From the NCBI RefSeq assembly GCF_006345805.1, contig NC_043021.1, positions 28,396,001-28,460,000 on the forward strand: a stretch of 64,000 nt of DNA, given 5' to 3'. A model generated the notes under the pieces. The model saw nothing but the letters and a program-made list of their open reading frames with translations, had not been told where the DNA came from and searched no databases. A program made the translations under genes and the position numbers. Shown here piece by piece: positions 25,479-39,442 of the stretch (position 1 is the first letter of the stretch; the number at the start of each line of letters is the position of its first letter). Origin of the DNA: Octopus sinensis (lineage: Eukaryota).

Positions 25479-26331
25479 CGAGGTAGCTTCAAAATGTATC
25501 CGACCTTCGGACATAAATAGAGAGAAAAAAAGACTATTTTGTACATTTCACATATTTAATATAATCACTTCAGATTTCACTCACTTTTGTAAGAGTTCCT
25601 ACCAATGTTGGTAACACTTCCGTAAAGCCTTCTTTGGTACGCTATGGACTCAGACAACGCCTTTCTCAGAATCCCATTTCGCTATTCAAATCGCTTTTTT
25701 TTAGTGTTGTTTTCAGTTTGGGATGTCAAGAGTGTAGGGCTCCTATCGAACAAGTGTTGTTCTTGACCGAGAAAACTTGGATTAAAAGGCAAGTTCAAAA
25801 AGCATCCGACGTTATTTTTTCGCCGAGACCCCCTCGCATGCATATTCCTCCCTTAAGATAGTGGGAATACGCACGAATCCTGTGCGCTTTCCCACCTCGT
25901 GTGAGTAATTTCCTGGTTTGTCACATGACGGGTCTTCCATGTCTATTTACCGCATCACCTCGTTTCGGCTTGTGGATGGCCGGACTAAGCGTGCCTCCCT
26001 TTCCACTGCGGAGCGGCTATGTTTGAAGCAGTTATACCTCCTTGTTCTGCGTTTTGCTTATGAAATCATCACTAAAGGTCTGTTGAATCTTCTGGATGAT
26101 TTGACTTTAAATATCACCAAGCTTTTGGCAAAACTTGATGCAATATCTCTGTTCGGCCACAATACGCGTGAAGAAAAATCTGACGAGCGCGCACTAGACG
26201 TCAACTCTATAGGCGTAACAGCCGCCATCTGCCCAGGAAAGTTGGCGTCATCTCTCACCCAAAGGGCTATGCCACGCAGCAATAGTTTCGCTGGGAAAAA
26301 ATAAAGTCGGCTAACTTTTGAACACACCTCG
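25479..26331 (-). mobile_element. Internally deleted, decayed mariner (853 bp)
   Basis: TA-flanked imperfect TIRs CGAGGT....TTCAAAA....CCGAC; minus strand EQRYCIKFCQKLGD N-terminus and PK.A.RKCYQHW..KSE C-terminal remnant. Confidence 0.8.
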
Positions 26332-26343
26332 TATATATATATA

Positions 26344-26378
<35 letters not shown>

Positions 26379-26399
26379 CTATATATATATATATTGTAC

Positions 26400-26519
26400 T
26401 TATTTACATTTGACGAATATTTGTCCTTATCTTGTTTGTTGTTAACAACAAACGTTCGGCCGAAACGTTGTGTTAACAACAAACAAGATAAGGACAAATA
26501 TTCGTCGAATGTAAATAAT
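26400..26519. repeat. Loop-less ~120-bp palindrome centred on TTCGG|CCGAA
   Basis: Left arm TATTTACATTTGACGAATATTTGTCCTTATCTTGTTTGTTGTTAAC mirrored on the right. Confidence 0.9.
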
Positions 26520-27859
26520 TTAAATAATGTACATAATTCCTCATTTCTTAAATATAGAATTATATATATAAAGATAAATTAAATAGAGAGATACTATTGA
26601 CAATCCAATAATTTGCTTATATTATATTACATGATATACTATGAATATAATATAGCATAATATAAAATATAAACAATTATTAGAAACAGTTCCCTTATAT
26701 ATAAGTCACTTCAGGGTCATGGTTTAAAGATAGACGAAATTCTGTATGAAAGGGCAGCTGGATTGTAAAGATTAATTGAAATGTATTATCATCGTTCGTT
26801 TTAACTTTTCAATCATACACCAATCACAATAAAAAAAAACAAACAACAAAAGCACTCTAAAGGTAGATACAACCAAGTAAGTGTAATCCATAACCATCGA
26901 AATTCGCTTCATTACATCTCAAACAGATACCAATAGAAACCCTTTCATGTCCATCATAGTCCCTCGTCATCACAACATACAACAATAGATAAGTGTGTAT
27001 ATATGTATATGTATATAATTAAGCATCTAAGTCTTCCCTTATGAATAACTGCAACACAAAATATATAAACAATTACATCTTCAATACACTACTCTTCTAT
27101 TTATTTAAATTAATTGATATAAAAAAAAATTATTGTTTAAATTAACTAATAATAATCTTGTATGTTTATTGCTTTCTCGTGGAATAATTCCGTCGTAGAT
27201 ATGAATAGAAACCGAATAAAAATGAACAATTATCAGCTCGTTGCAGCTGTTTCTCACGTAACTTTTCATAGAAGAATGAGAACCTTACATCATTATAACG
27301 GACCGTAATCATCGGATGAGAAGTAATTTTACCGAATAAAAGAACTTCCAGGTATACAGCAGGAATATGTCTGTCGAGGCCAACTGTGAACGGTAGAACG
27401 AGCAACTATGCTGGCAGGTTAGGAATGTAGTTCCTGGAAGTGTGTAATTTGATATCTAAGGTCAGTGACACTGGTGATAGGGAGTCTGCTAGACTAGATC
27501 ATGAATGGATTAGAGTGGGTTGTAGGAGAAAATGTGTTACGGTAAGCTGTAGGTTGTGGTAATTAAGGTGGGGTCATAAAGCAATTAAGAATAAGTGGGG
27601 AAAGTGGAGATAAGTAAATCAAACGTAAGGGTGAAAGAAAATAAAAAATAAAATAAAAATAGAAATAAAGGCATACGAGCTGATCAAGTATGGTAGGTGT
27701 ATGAGAGACTCATACTAATGGTAAATGATTGGAGGAGGGGGATAGAGAGACATAGAAATTTAAGGGTATTTGGTAGATACTGGTTGAAAGTAGGGTGAAA
27801 GAGGCCATCAAATAATAAGATCAAAGTTATGAATTAAATGCATACACACACATATATTA

Positions 27860-27915
<56 letters not shown>

Positions 27916-27987
27916 GTATATGTATACTATTAATATGGGCTGAAGCTTTTTTACAGAAAAAAATTTCATCAGAAAAAGGTAAAATTT

Positions 27988-28213
27988 ATAAACAAGGCTA
28001 AAGAAAATTATTTCAATGCCAATATGCTGATAACAGACTTTTAATCGTCAATTTCCACATATTATTTACTCGCTACAAAAAACACGTAGAGCTGAAATCG
28101 GGGAAAGCTGGCCAACGGAATTTTAGCGAGTAAATAATATGTGCAAATTGACGATTTAAAAGTCTGTTATCAGCATATTGGCATTGAAATAATTTTCTTT
28201 AGCCCTTGTTTAT
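27988..28213. repeat. Fold-back element, ~88-bp arms, ~48-bp spacer
   Basis: 27988-28075 is the reverse complement of 28124-28213. Confidence 0.85.
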
Positions 28214-28232
28214 AAGTTGTATATATAATATA

Positions 28233-28269
<37 letters not shown>

Positions 28270-28299
28270 CCTATATATATATGTATATATACATATCAT

Positions 28300-28705
28300 T
28301 GAAACCACCGTGACATGACACTGCCTCCGCTGTTCGGGATACGTCATACGCATGCCTCAAACGTGCCACCCCGTCATCTACTCTTTAAGGAGTTGGTCTC
28401 TAGCATCAATCCACACGGATCTCTTAATCTCCGTTTCCGAGACCAGCTCAAGTCCACCGTCATCCACTTCCCCACTGACCCAAATACCTGGGAGAAATTC
28501 GCTAAGGACCGCCCAAAGTGACGGCATGTCGTCGTCGAGGGAACAGGCCTGGTGGAAAATAGCAGACGTCAAGAGGCAGAGATCAGATGCCGAAAACACA
28601 AAAAGCGACTCACACTGGCTCGTTCTCCACCAGCTCACCTCTGGTGATAAATGTGGCTCCTGTACACCAACTTTGGACTGAACATCCACCCCAGGAACCA
28701 ACACA
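28300..28705 (+). mobile_element. RTE-clade LINE 3' fragment (pseudogene)
   Basis: RHLLFKEL...RFRDQLKST...DPNTWEKFAKDRPK*RHVV.EG...ENSRRQEAE...CGSC...FGLNIH resembles the RTE/BovB C-terminus. Confidence 0.7.
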
Positions 28706-28819
28706 TTTTGTACACATCAAGATGAAGAGGCTCAATCACTGGTTACAATTCTCCAACACGGATATGAGTCATTTCTTTCCAACTTTCTTCCTAACGTGTC
28801 TGGCCACACACACATATAT

Positions 28820-28913
<94 letters not shown>

Positions 28914-28917
28914 GTTT

Positions 28918-29122
28918 AAATGGCTGACGGTTAGTAAGGAGAGACACAAATAAGAAAGAGAAAACAAAGGACCACTGATGCGGTCACAGGAGTGTGACGA
29001 AAGAACTCTGGCCGAAATAAGATTAAGATTAATGTAAAAATAAATAACACTTAAGCAAAATAACACCAAATTGCGTGTGTTTTTATTGGCTAAACTGGCA
29101 AAATGACTATTCCGAAATATAT
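28918..29122 (+). mobile_element. Solo arm of the 32621-33085 fold-back family
   Basis: AAATGGCTGACGGTTAGTAAGGAGAGACAC...TTCCGAAATAT nearly identical to 32867-33080. Confidence 0.85.
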
Positions 29123-29158
29123 ATAATATATATATATTATATAATATATATAAAATAT

Positions 29159-29262
<104 letters not shown>

Positions 29263-29285
29263 TATGTATATACATATATATATAC

Positions 29286-29320
<35 letters not shown>

Positions 29321-29421
29321 AGATACATATATATATATACATACATATATATATATACATATATATATACATATATACATATATATTTATATTTACATAT
29401 ATACATATAATATATATATAC

Positions 29422-29472
<51 letters not shown>

Positions 29473-29476
29473 CGTA

Positions 29477-29807
29477 GGCGTAGGCGTATCTGTATGGTAA
29501 GAATGTTCTCCCAACCGCCTGGTTCTGGGTTCAGTCCCACTGCGTAGCATCTTGGGCAAGTGTGTTCTACTACACCCTCAGGCCGGCCAAAGCACTCTGA
29601 GCGGATTTGGTAGAATAAAACAGAAAGAAATCTGTCGTGTATTTATATATATATATAGATACATAATACATACATGTGTGTGTCTTTGAGTTAGTGTTTC
29701 TTCCCCGCCATTACTTAACAACACCAGAAATCTAGTTGTTTGTTGAAAGAGCACCAAGTGCTCCAGCATGGCTGCAGTCTGATGATTGAAACAAATAAAA
29801 GATAAAA
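29477..29807 (+). mobile_element. tRNA-derived SINE, family A (diverged)
   Basis: GGGTTCAGTCCCACTGCG, CTTGGGCAAGTGT, CCAGCATGGCTGCAGT tail. Confidence 0.75.
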
Positions 29808-30519
29808 AAAGATAGGCACACATACATATATGTGTGCGTGTGTATGTATGTATGCATATATATGAAATATATATAATTTTGAGTAAAGAAATATATATAT
29901 ATATATATATATATATACGTATATACACCTATATTATATATATACATACATACATGCGTACATACATATATATGTGCTCTCAAAAACTGTATATCATTTA
30001 TTTAATTCTATGAGAAAATACATACAGCGCCATCTGGATGTCATACTTCGCTAGATCGATAGGCGTTACCTGCAAGTCGTTCAATGAGTAAAAAAAGAAA
30101 ATTAGATATTTGATGTTAAATATTGCATGAGCTTTGCCTTTGTCCTCTCACATCCGCCATACAATTGGAAAATCAACAAGGTTGCTATGTCATCCTGCTT
30201 AAAACATCTTTGATTACGTCATGCCTACGAAGATCCATTTGTCCACACTAAGTTGCTTCGTGCATTACAATGATTTCGAAACCTGTGTGATTAACGTCAT
30301 ACGTAAACATTAATTGTAAACTTTGCAATAAGTGTTTTTTGTTTGTGGTTGTGCATGCGTCTGGGTGTGTGGGTGTGTGAGTGCGTGTGCGCATGTGTGA
30401 TTGTATATGCATGTATATACGATCTGATCAATAAGTATCCGAACTGTAACGAAGCTAAAGCAAGCACAGTGAAGCATAGTAACGAAATTAAAGGACGCAC
30501 AGTGAAAGTAAAGACAGAC

Positions 30520-30757
30520 GAAATACCTATTTCTTTTAGTACCCAACAGGGGCTAAACACAGAGAGGACAAACAAGGATAGACAATTGGATTGACTCGAT
30601 TATATCGACCCCAGTGCGTAAGTGTACTTATTTAATCGACCCCGAAAAGATGAAAGGCAAAGTCGACCTCGGCCGAATTTGAACTGAGAACATAACGGCA
30701 GACGAAATACGCTACGCATTTCGCCCGGCGCGCTAACGTTTCTGCCAGCTCGCCGCC
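30520..30757 (-). mobile_element. tRNA-derived SINE, family B
   Basis: Reverse complement of the GGCGGCGAGCTGGCAGAAACGTTAGC head through the tail. Confidence 0.85.
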
Positions 30758-31324
30758 TTCTACTGTTTAAGATTATGATATGATTTGTGCCAATATTTCT
30801 GCATTGGTATTACACGAGTTTTAGATGAGATTTTTACCAAAAGCTTGTGAGTAGATTTGTTATACGGAAACTGAAAAATGCCTGTCGTACATACATAAAT
30901 ACGTACGTAGAAATGTATGTATGTGTTTTCACCTGTCTGTCTTTGTCTTTCCTCCACCCCCATCGCTCGATATCTATTTGGAATGTGTTTTGTTTGAGTA
31001 TCCATATGATACGATTGGGCGGGTTTTTAAGGTTGTATATTTTGCTTGTCTTATAGTTTGGCCTATTTTAGATATGATATATATAAATATATATATATAC
31101 ATACATATATGTGTGTGTGTGTGTGTATGTATGTGTGTATGTATGTATGTATACATATATGTATATATATATGTGTGTGCATATATATATATATCTATAT
31201 ATATATATATATTAGATTATTAGGTTATTCTGGATAGATAGGGGTTTTGAAACCGTTTCTAAATATTCCATTCACTTGTACTCCTTAGATATAGTTATAA
31301 ATATGTTTTATTTAATTTGGGTTT

Positions 31325-31477
31325 ATAAGACCAACTTAGCAGTTCGGCAAAAAAAAAGACAAAACAAGAACAAGACTTAAGAATAAGTAATGATATTGAT
31401 TGCTTCGTCTAAGCCCTGCATGGTGTTGCTCCATCATGGTCGCAGTTGAACGACTGAAACAAGTAAAAGATAAAAGA
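31325..31477 (+). mobile_element. SINE family A 3' fragment
   Basis: AACTTAGCAGTTCGGCAAAA...GACTGAAACAAGTAAAAGATAAAAG. Confidence 0.65.
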
Positions 31478-32190
31478 CTAGAATTCTATAGTTTTGAAAG
31501 TCCATAATTGCTAGTCTTCAAATTCCTGCATGATCACAGATGATCTAAGGTTGTTTAACAAACTGCAATAACAAGGAGGATAACACCAATAACAACGATA
31601 ACATCAACAACGAAAACACCACCAAGGGTTGCACCGCCATTTAATTTGAGAAGTTTAGTACTAAAATTAGGGCAGTATTGGAAAGTTATCAAGAAATTGG
31701 TGGAATGCAAGAACGTTGAGAAATGGGAATAGCTTAATTGTTATTGGTCATGTGACCTATTCCAGGTGGCTTTTCATGAAAAGGAAAAGGTGTGCTTGTC
31801 TTGAATCACTAATATCAGCGATTCAGAAAAAAAGCGGGTAGCTCTATGATGGGAAGGGGAGAGAGAGATGGAGAGAGAGAGAGAGAGAAAGAGAGACAAA
31901 CAGACAGAGGAGCGAGAAGGAGAGCGATAGAGAGGGGGGAGATAGAGAGACAGGCAGACAAACAGGTATACAGGTAGGCAGACAGACGGAGAGACAGACA
32001 TAGAAAGAGAGAGGGAATTTGTGTATATATATATATATATATAAATAGATGAGTGTATTTTACCTTGTTAACAATTAACACGGATAAATGAATGAATAGT
32101 TACCAGGGCAGCAAAATCTCACAGGTAAAGATGTTGTAACTCCTTGTTTATAAAGGTTGAAACTTCGTGTTTACGTTGAATATTTGAATA

Positions 32191-32532
32191 ATAGGAATAA
32201 AAAATGGAGTCAACGCAGGTTTAAACAAGTATTTTTTCTTTCTACATATGTTTCAAAAATTCCACTGATACTTATTCAAAAGAAGAAAAGGTATAAACAA
32301 TGCAATCTTCTTTCGGGAAAGTGAAAAAACGAAACTGTCAATACGACATTTTAGCCAAAATTTTTGGCTAAAATGTCGTATTGACAAGTTTCGTTTTTTC
32401 ACTTTCCCGAAGAGAAGATTGCATTGTTTATACCTTTTATTCTTTTGAATAAGTATCAGTGGAATTTTTGAAACATATGTAGAAAGAAAAAATACTTGTT
32501 TAAACCTGCGTTGACTCCATTTTCTATTCCTA

Positions 32533-32533
<1 letters not shown>
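32191..32533. repeat. Near-perfect 343-bp palindrome, essentially no loop
   Basis: Centre GCCAAAA-T-TTTTGGC at 32361; ~170-bp arms. Confidence 0.92.
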
Positions 32534-32563
<30 letters not shown>

Positions 32564-32620
32564 CGTTTAAATATTTGTTGTGCAAGATTTTTTATTGAAG
32601 TCGTCGTGTGGTTGAAACAG

Positions 32621-33085
32621 ATATTGTTATATTTCGGAATCATATTGCCAGTTTAGCCAATAAAAACACACGCACTATATATTGGTGTTATTTTGCTTCG
32701 GTGATATTTATTTTTTACATTAATCTTAATCTTATTTCGGCTAAAGTTCTTTCGTCACACTCCTGTGACCGCATCAGTGGTCCTTTGTTTTCTTCTCACT
32801 TACTTGTGTCTCTCCTTACTAACCGTCAGCCATTTTGTATTTCTATTGACATACAATAGAAATACAAAATGGCTGACGGTTAGTAAGGAGAGACACAAGT
32901 AAGTGAGAAGAAAACAAAGGACCACTGATGCGGTCACAGGAGTGTGACGAAAGAACTTTGGCCGAAATAAGATTAAGATTAATGTAAAAAATAAATATCA
33001 CTGAAGCAAAATAACACCAAATATATAGTGCGTGTGTTTTTATTGGCTAAACTGGCAATATGACCATTCCGAAATATAACAATAT
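32621..33085. mobile_element. Near-perfect 465-bp fold-back element, 5-nt loop
   Basis: Centre CTATTG-ACATA-CAATAG at 32849-32853; ~228-bp arms. Confidence 0.92.
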
Positions 33086-33136
33086 ATATATATATAAGGT
33101 AAAACTTACTTAGAAGTGGATGCGTGGCGTTCTTTC

Positions 33137-33712
33137 ATATAATAACAAAATAATAAATAAAACATATATATACGTACCTACATATATATGTATATATATA
33201 CATGCATATATGGGTACAGGACACAAAAAAAACGTCGAACACAATGAGAAACGAAAACATAAACACAAAACCAAGGAAACGGATATTTTTTTAAACAACG
33301 AAAAAATAGAGTACAAGACATACAACACAAGGAACATTCCCCTTCTTCAGCCGCCTCTGTTTCATCTACTCCGCGTTTCGAAAGTAAAGGCGAGACACGA
33401 CTTCTTTGAAACAGTCCTTCCCGCAAAGCAAATTAAATAAAATTTGAGATTTTTTTGCGGAGGGGTAAAAATGGTAACAAAAACAGGACAGTAAAAACAA
33501 TACAAATAAAAACAGTAAAAGACAGGAAAATGAGAATACGAGTAACACGAACATTAAGGGCTGTGAAGTTTTGTTTTTATGTTTTCGTTTCTCATTGTGT
33601 TCGACGTTTTTTTGTGTCCTGTACCCATATATGCATGTATATATACATATAGATGTAGGTACATACATATATGTATGTATGTATGCATATGTTTTATTTA
33701 TTAATTTGTTAT

Positions 33713-33717
<5 letters not shown>
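33137..33717. mobile_element. Penelope-like unit with inverted ~135-bp ends
   Basis: 33137-33270 inverted at 33570-33717; same family as 12935-13140. Confidence 0.75.
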
Positions 33718-33747
<30 letters not shown>

Positions 33748-34347
33748 TACGTGTGTGTATGTGTATGCGTGTGTGTGTTCGCTTGTGTATGGGTACATGT
33801 ACGTGTAGTGTAAGTACTGAATGATAGATCATCGAAATGTTTACCGTTACTGTCATCTCGAACAGTTTCAATAAACGCTGGGAGTAATTCATTCTGATTA
33901 ATTATTCATTAACGCAGTCCGTATGATAAAAAAAATAGAGTTAGTTTAGTGATATTCGTATCTCCCACTTAGCTTTTAAATGAGGCACACCCTTAAAGGG
34001 CTTAGTCCAACAAATCGACCCCAATACTTACATTTTTAAGTCTGCAGCTTATATTCTGTTTCTCTTTTGTCGAATCAATAAATTACGAGGATGTAAACAA
34101 ACGGACACTGATTGTCAAGCAGGGCGAGTTCAAAGAATAGCACAATGTCACTCACAAACACACACACTCACACATACACACGCACACACAAATATAAATA
34201 CATATATCATATACATATATATATGTGTATATACATACCTATATAGATCTAAGTATGCATGTATATGTATATGTATATATATATATATAATATATATATT
34301 ATTTGTAAAAATGGTAAAAGAACAAAAGAAATATATATATATTATTT

Positions 34348-34381
<34 letters not shown>

Positions 34382-36384
34382 ATATATATACAAAAATTTT
34401 ATAATTACAATTAGGCTCATAATTATAGAATTTTTGTATAAGTTTACTGAAAATGGTTCTTTTAACATACCGAACTACTTGGTAAAATTATTTATTAATT
34501 GATTAATTAATTTTACCCTTTATTATATACATACATACATACATACATACATACATACATACATACATACATACATACATACACGCACACACACACACGA
34601 ATACACACACAGACAAACATATATTTAAGCCTTCGACTCTTTCTGTCCAAAAGGCTTTTTCGCACCAGTATTTTGGGAGCCCTTACCTGATCATATGACC
34701 TGCAAGAAATAACAGTAAATCTCCATTCAAACACATGTGTATCTATAGTGTACCTATAGATTTATGTGCGCATCAAGAGCAAAACTATCTATTTATTTAT
34801 ATATATACGTACATACATAAATGTATATTTATTTATATATATACGTACAGACATAAATGTATCTGAAGGCGTTTTTCTTCAGAATTTCTGCACGAATTTC
34901 CCTCCCAAGGCATCCTTCGACCCGGAGCTATGGTAGACCACACTTACCTAAAGTGCCGTGCAGTGGGACTGAAACCGAAACTGTCTGAGTGTGAAATGAG
35001 GTTCTTTATCTCAGGGAAATGATTTAAAACCAATGACTCGATGTTTTTCGGGAAGACGGTACAACATGTTTTATTTTCCTCAAAATGAGAAAATAACATT
35101 GACTCTAAATTCCGTGAGCTGTTACAACACATATCGGAAGCAGAATGTTTATATTCATTCATAGAAAGATCCTTCGTCTGACCATCATAAAATGAATAAA
35201 GGCATACAATTGGTTGCGTGCAACAGTAAGGACACATATGTATAAAGTAATGATTCGCAATCACACACACATACACTCACAAACATCAAAGATTACTGAG
35301 ACATGTTCATACAGGTGATAAGTACAGGAGCGTGCTGTAACATCTATGCACCAACTGACCTAATCGCATATCTATAAACTCAAAGAAATGTCTACGCTGA
35401 AAGTCTGATTGCTTTTTTAGGGAGCCAGCTTAGACACCATTAAAAACTTGATTAAATCTCAAAATACACATACTTATATACATGCATACGGAGAGACACA
35501 TACAAACATACTTACACACATATACATGTACATGCAAACATACATGCATACATATATACATACAGACGTAGACATATACATACATGCAAGCATTCATTCA
35601 GACATACATACACACATACATATATGCACACATACACACAAACACATACACACATACATACATACACACACAGACACATACATACATACATACATACATA
35701 CATGATTGCTTCATAAGTGTCAAATGGCAGCCGATTGACGTTCAGCCCGATTCTCCTGATTTACTTTTCCCTGCCTGTGTGCAGATATGTCTTTTCAATC
35801 AACAGAAAAGATACAAAACATATCAAGAAATGAAATGATTGTGACACATCTGTACGTCATATGTTTCAAGTGACAGAAGCCCGTACAATCCGTTTACCTC
35901 TCTCTCTCTCTCGGTCGCCATAGTAGATTCTAGTGATGTATTGAAGATGAATCGTACGAATTTCAAATGCAATTTGCGTCAGAGTATCTCTTTCCAAGAA
36001 GAGCTGTCTTCCCTGGGACTCTGTCAAAAGTAACGGGAGCCTCCTTTACTCCTGGGAAATGTATATAGCCCATAGGTGGGACCTAGACAGATACTACCAT
36101 TCCGTGTCAGAACCGACTTGGGAGTAATGATTGTAAAGAGGTGATTACTTGCTACCCACAGGTCCAGAACTCCTGAACTGGAGCCTCTTCACCGCATGCA
36201 GATCAATGGCATATCATAAGATACTTACATAGATCCATCCATCCATCCATCCATTCATCCATCTATCCACCCATCCATCCAACCATACATACATACATAC
36301 ATACATACATACATACATACATACATACATACATACATACATACATACATACATACACACTGCACATAACCTGACTCCAAATAT

Positions 36385-36760
36385 TGTACGTCGGTTACGA
36401 CGACGAGGTTACAATTGATCCGATGAACGGAACTGCCTGCTCGTGAAATTAAGGTGCAAGTGGCTGAGCATTTCACGGACACGTGTACCCTTAACGTAGT
36501 TGTCGGAGGAGATTCAGCGTGACACAGACTGTGACAAGGCTGGCCCTTTGAAATACAGGTACAACTGAAACAGGAAGACAGAGTGAGAGAAAGTTGTGGT
36601 GAAAGAGTACAGCAGGGTTCGCCACCACCCCTGACGGAGCCTCGTGGAGCTTTAGGTGTTTTCGCTTAATAAACACTCACAACGCCAGGTCTGGGAATCG
36701 AAATCGCGATCCCTACGACCACGAGTCAGCTGCCTTAACCACTGGGCCATTGCGCCTCCA
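36385..36760 (-). mobile_element. tRNA-derived SINE, family C (full length)
   Basis: Reverse complement GGAGGCGCAATGGCCCAGTGGTTAAGG head, TTTCGATTCCCAGACC B-box, tail CGTCGTCGTAACCGAC. Confidence 0.85.
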
Positions 36761-37539
36761 CACATATACATATAAGCATGCAAAAACATACCCCGTTGAT
36801 GTTGTTGAAATTCCTATGATGTAGGATAGAAACCGGCTCTTTCAGTATTGGAAAAGAAACCTTGAAATAAAACTGAATAATGGCATATATAGACGAAAAA
36901 TTGCTGTTTGCATTTGTGTATGTAAAAGTAAGGTGAAGATTTTCATGCTTCAGCCCAACATATAGAAGCGAGCCGAGTTTTTGTGATATTGGACTTCGAT
37001 ATTAAAGGCGGTGACATATTTACAATAAGATCATAGATGCATGAGCATGGCGAGGATCTTTTTGTTTTGTTTTTTTTTCTGTTTTCTTGTGTTAATTTAT
37101 TTTCGTAGGTTATCGGTGTTGATAGTGTTTACTTATTCATATAGCTATAAATTTATTTATTTATTTATCTTATTGATTTTTCTTGATCATTGATAACAGG
37201 ATATATTATGTAGCAAATAGGAATGTATTCAATCTTTTATATGATACAGCAAAACATCAGATCGATAATGGTAAATATATTTCAGAGTTAATTATTGATA
37301 ATAGAAACAGTTGACGAAAAGGAGAAAACAAAGAATTTAAAATACGTCGATGGAATAAAATGCAGATTGAAGCAAAGGTAGACACCTACACGCGCACATG
37401 TATGCACTAAAGTATAGGATGGGACAAAAACTAAAGATGATTGTGTGTATGTGGTGTGCGTGCGTGTGTGTGTTTGAAGAGAGATGGTGAGAGACAGATG
37501 CAGTCTCCTAATTTCAAGAACTATTTTCTCTATCTCTCT

Positions 37540-37661
37540 CCACTTCCGGTCACTTTAGCCATGGAACCACACTCGTGCTTTTTTGGGATGATTTTTCTCC
37601 TTCCCTCTGGATCTTTCCTCTTTCCTCTATCTGACGAAGAGCCGTGCTCAAAACGTCACAC
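37540..37661 (+). mobile_element. Penelope-like unit fragment with decayed hammerhead (G12A) at 37627-37661
   Basis: CTGACGA-A-GAGC-CGT-GCTC-AAAAC-GTC. Confidence 0.5.
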
Positions 37662-38663
37662 TATATACATGCATACATACACACATACATACATACATAC
37701 ATACATACATACATACATACACACATACATACATACATACATACATACATACATACATACATACATACATACATAAATACATATATACATACTTACATTC
37801 ATGCATGCATGCATGCATACATATATACATATATACATATATACACACACGCATGTATATGGAGATGACTCCGTCTTCACATATGATTGTTGTCTCTTTG
37901 TGCCTTCGCGTTGCCGATGGCTTCCTGAATTTCGATTTGTGACCACTCGGATGAGAGATCCTGTAACCGGTCTGCATAGTTTGAAGTATAGGCGATAGAC
38001 GAAAGTTGTAACTCCCAATGCGCTTCGAACAGGTTAGGTCTGCACAGGTCACTAATCTTCTGTCGCCATAAGAATTTCAGTAGCTGGGATGATATATGAA
38101 GTCAACATAGAAAGACATCTCTACGTCATTGGATCATAGTGACAAGCATTGGTATGACATAAATATCAGTATCAGATATCAGAGTCTCTGTGATTACTAC
38201 TTTGTGACAGACCGAAGCGAGATAGCCTGTGGTGAAGTGAAACAGCAAATTTTACGTCTGAGTGTGCATCTCCCAGAAACATGGTGTTACAACAGCTAAG
38301 GGTCCCTCACTCTCTGTAGTTTCACTGTGAGCCTTGACAAAAATCCAGTATAATTCTCCTTCCCTCGTTCGAATGGAATATCATCGCACATACCAATTAG
38401 CCCTTAGCTACGCCCCTACCAACTTCTGCTACCCAGGATAAGAGTAGACATTGAAACATTCGATAGTGGCCCTTGAATCGTGTTTACCAAGGCTATGCGG
38501 AGTGTGGAACTAGCTCTTATATATGTATATACAAACCTATGTATATTAACGCTTGTTTTTATGTTTAGTAATCATAAAATCACTGTTACATTAATCTGAA
38601 AGGTTACTTCATATCTTGTAGAGAAACAGATTTATTATTCTTTAACAAAAATAGTATTAGGAG

Positions 38664-38711
38664 GGATAGACCGATGATGGTTTGTCTGGCCGAAACTCCG
38701 AGTCACTTGCC
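38664..38711 (+). ncRNA. Decayed hammerhead-like motif (U4C, stem I broken)
   Basis: CCGATGA-T-GG..CC-GAAAC-TCCGA-GTC. Confidence 0.4.
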
Positions 38712-38727
38712 TTATTGTTATTATTAA

Positions 38728-38800
<73 letters not shown>

Positions 38801-39357
38801 GAGTGAGAGAGCAGTTCATGCCATCAAAGTGACACTGGGGTAAAATATACTAAGCCCAATATACCCATCATGACTACCCGTCTGATAAAGGTACACCAGG
38901 CGCATGCATCACAACCATATGTGCGCGACATGGTGATCTCATATGAAGATAAAAAGCACAAGACCTTTCAGGTGGAGCCCAGTTAGAATTTTCTTCAGGT
39001 TGAGTAGCCCATCCCGCTCAAACGGTCCCTGAATAAGGGTTGTTTAAGGACGTTGAAAGAACCACCCATGTTTCCAGAGGTGAACTATTCAAACCCCAAA
39101 CAATCCCTCTCAACACATGGCTATGTTGCTCCCCCACTACTTCTGCTCGTGATCAGAGATGCACATATCGTCAGCCACTAAGGGACATGCTCAACTGGTT
39201 AAGGTCAAACAACTGACAAGCAAATCTGTGGTATTGAGCAGAATATTTGCTGTAGCGCATCTTTTATATCAAGACAAAACAATGTACATGATAACACTTC
39301 CAATCAGTTAAGATCAGAAGCCATGAGAGCCACTGCCTGGTACCGCATCAGGGCATT
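38801..39357 (-). mobile_element. ~555-bp (AAT)n-embedded non-coding element
   Basis: Reverse complement of 41139-41692; (TAT)n on both sides. Confidence 0.9.
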
Positions 39358-39374
39358 ATTATTATTATTATTAA

Positions 39375-39440
<66 letters not shown>

Positions 39441-39442
<2 letters not shown>

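Noticed and set aside
36700-36760. tRNA genes at SINE heads
   Set aside because: A/B boxes continue into SINE bodies and no complete cloverleaf is present.
37870-38520. GC-richer block possibly from a LINE ORF
   Set aside because: No convincing motif in any frame by eye.
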